From positions 1,055,061 to 1,088,783 of the forward strand of contig NW_004797407.1 in assembly GCF_000002075.1 (NCBI RefSeq): a DNA stretch of 33,723 nucleotides, given 5' to 3'. Source of the stretch: Aplysia californica (taxonomy: Eukaryota). The position numbers and the translations under genes are program-made. Positions 32,816 through 33,723 of this stretch are shown here, piece by piece. The notes below the pieces were generated by a model. The model was not told the DNA's origin. It searched no databases and saw only the letters and a list, made by a program, of their open reading frames with translations. Numbering within the stretch: the stretch's first letter is position 1; each line of letters begins with the position of its first letter.

Positions 32816-33281
32816 TTCTCTCTTTCTTTCTCTGTTATCTATCTCTCTCTTTTTCTCTCTCAAACACACACACACACACATACACACACATACACACACA
32901 CACACATACACACAGTTCTCCTCCTTTGATTTCTCTGCACATATCGATTCCTTTCTCAATGTCTCCGCCCCAACCCATTCTTCTTCTTCTTCTTCTTCTT
33001 CTTCTTCTTCTTCTTCTTCTTCTTCTTCTTCCTCTCTCTCCCCACACATGCTTATACTATACACTAAGTCCATATCTCCACACCATTATCTCCTTCCATC
33101 TCTCATTCAACCATACACACATACACGCATGCACACCAACAAATACACACAGACAAATACACACCTGACAGACACACAGGACACCCGTTGCTGTCTGTGT
33201 TCAGGCACTGAGTGAGGCAAGAAGCTGGAAAATCCGGACAACCATTGTTGTTGTAGCTGGACTTGGCTGCAGACGACGAAA
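20274..33281 (-). CDS. 5'-incomplete mucin-like Ser/Thr-rich protein with six 6-Cys antistasin-like modules; exons 33281-33165, 28944-28774, 28146-27766, 27160-26882, 22479-21766, 20875-20274 (~750 aa in the window)
   Basis: All six exons have pyrimidine-rich cag| acceptors in phase 1. The five internal exons are multiples of 3 (117, 171, 381, 279, 714 nt) and end in G|gt. The joined frame is open to TGA at 20276-20274. Each exon carries one Cys module ending G/N-C-x2-C-x(1-5)-C. Confidence 0.82.
21766..22479 (-). CDS. Mucin/antistasin-like gene exon (ASSTPHPYTT...CPMFNFDCPAECAAVDSNGCLVCQC)
   Basis: ccttctatttgcag| acceptor and G|gtgagt donor; 714 nt, phase 1-1; S/T/P-rich. Confidence 0.85.
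23018..23090 (-). mobile_element. L2-like LINE/SINE 3' tail
   Basis: Minus strand TGTAAAGCGCCTAGAGC...GGCGCTATAGAAAT followed by (ATT)n. Confidence 0.55.
23120..23232 (+). repeat. Imperfect (CA)n microsatellite running into a gap
   Basis: Directly visible. Confidence 0.9.
23949..24363 (-). mobile_element. TGTG...CACA family element, inverted copy in an intron of the mucin-like gene
   Basis: Right end TTGACGAGCGCCTGATTTTACCACGCTGCCTCACA is the reverse complement of the family 5' end; internal TTTCAGAGGTAAA. Confidence 0.85.
24483..24952. mobile_element. Tc1/mariner/pogo-type MITE
   Basis: TA|CAGTGAAATTCCGATAAAGTCAAC ... GTTGACTTTATCAGGATTCCACTG|TA: ~24-bp imperfect TIRs starting CAGT, a TA TSD and several internal GTTGACT motifs. 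Confidence 0.85.
26882..27160 (-). CDS. Mucin/antistasin-like gene exon (APKQPDNP...CPPVDDPCSSACLGVDPTGCVVCYCELTTSTTT...SAPAT)
   Basis: tatttcttccag| acceptor and a weaker G|gtagta donor; 279 nt, phase 1-1. This frame is not in the ORF track. Confidence 0.78.
27562..27705 (+). repeat. (CA)n microsatellite and poly-C
   Basis: Directly visible. Confidence 0.9.
27766..28146 (-). CDS. Mucin/antistasin-like gene exon (GEITTTYEYT...GCSPFPGSCPAQCTLVDALGCPVCTCD)
   Basis: cttcctctttcag| acceptor and G|gtcagt donor; 381 nt, phase 1-1. A weaker in-phase acceptor near 28221 is possible. Confidence 0.82.
28774..28944 (-). CDS. Mucin/antistasin-like gene exon (DDQCLGS...GCLPFPATCSAECSSLTPSGCPVCREDCGL)
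   Basis: tttatcccggcag| acceptor and G|gtgaga donor; 171 nt, phase 1-1; supplies the 6th Cys of the previous module. Confidence 0.82.
29430..30342. mobile_element. Non-autonomous TIR DNA transposon (~0.9 kb) flanked by TA
   Basis: Left end TA|AAGCTGGCATTCCATATGCCCGAAAAACCGATG matches the reverse complement of the right end, TA|AAGCTGACATTCCATATGCCCGAAAAAACGATG. Imperfect similarity extends ~55 bp with subterminal TGCGAA/TTCGCA motifs. No transposase ORF. Confidence 0.82.
30379..32280 (-). mobile_element. Defective, internally deleted Helitron (~1.9 kb)
   Basis: The minus strand begins A|TCTATTATCTAT at 32280. It ends in a GC-rich hairpin (CCCGAGCAAAGCTGGGTGCTCAG) followed by CTAG|T at 30379, i.e. 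an A-T target with no TSD. It contains an N-terminal RepHel fragment. Confidence 0.88.
30835..31490 (-). pseudogene. Helitron RepHel N-terminal fragment (Cys-rich Zn-finger-like region and following conserved block), disrupted
   Basis: MPKRKRS...CTHCLAIRFSYEIQGICCSNGKVDL...PPPELQILL...FLEKIRLYNNCFQLTSMG...FRVQGQVYHRIGSLLP matches Helitron RepHel N-terminal motifs. Similarity continues past a TAA (FL*VYF for FLQ.YF) into DLQVQAMLHCHNSYV and, after a frameshift, NLKCAYE. No HUH Rep or Pif1 helicase sequence is present. Confidence 0.88.
32769..33040 (+). repeat. Compound microsatellite (TCTG)n-(TC)n-(CA)n-(TTC)n
   Basis: Directly visible. Confidence 0.95.
33165..33281 (-). CDS. Mucin/antistasin-like gene exon (VSSSAAKSSYNNNGCPDFPASCLTQCLNTDSNGCPVCLS)
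   Basis: cctcttccctgacag| acceptor and CAG|gtgtgt donor; 117 nt, phase 1-1. Confidence 0.8.
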
Positions 33282-33723
33282 CTGTCAGGGAAGAGGGACA
33301 ATGTGAAGCGTCTATTACGTCAGCAAGCTGTGCAGTTGTTATAACCCAAGACAGCAAACTTTTTCTTCAGGAGAGCGGAAAAAATGGCTCCATTTATCTT
33401 TTTAAAAATGCACCTACGAGTATTATGTTGTTGCTTTCTTGCTTCGCATTTTTGCTTTTTCAAACATTTAGAATTTGAATCTCGAAAAAATATCTCTGGA
33501 GTAATTGTAACCTATACCATAGATTATCAAAGTGATTTTTTTTTCTAACTTTTGGGCCTGAACATCTGAAGAGCTAGCCGACCATGAAAATATAATTGTG
33601 AAAAATTTTAATAGTATGATGGTGGATACATCAAACTTCTGCATACAACAACATAAAACAATTATAGAAATGAAATAAAGAAAATGATTACTACTAAATC
33701 AAATTATACACTTGCTAGCAATC

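Overview
AT-rich, intron-containing animal genomic DNA from a draft assembly with seven N gaps. The SINE types and (TCTAGA)n tracts suggest a mollusc, but that is inference. Two spliced genes face each other (convergent); the ORF track shows them only as fragments. (1) Plus strand, 890-15193: a 7-exon, ~255-aa THEG/SPMAP2-like (testicular haploid expressed gene repeat) axonemal protein with an RFX X-box-like motif just upstream. (2) Minus strand, 33281-20274, 5' end outside the window: six phase-1 exons encoding ~750 aa of Ser/Thr-rich mucin-like sequence punctuated by six 6-Cys modules. Five modules have a shifted antistasin-like spacing and the last has canonical antistasin spacing. Introns and the intergenic region hold many mobile elements: a 1.9-kb defective Helitron with both termini, a TA-flanked TIR element next to it, a piggyBac-type MITE, Tc1/mariner-type MITEs, six copies of an unclassified ~430-bp TGTG...CACA element, tRNA-derived SINEs, LINE tails and microsatellites. 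No prokaryotic systems or CRISPR arrays are present. The best candidate for something undescribed is the mucin/antistasin-variant modular protein.
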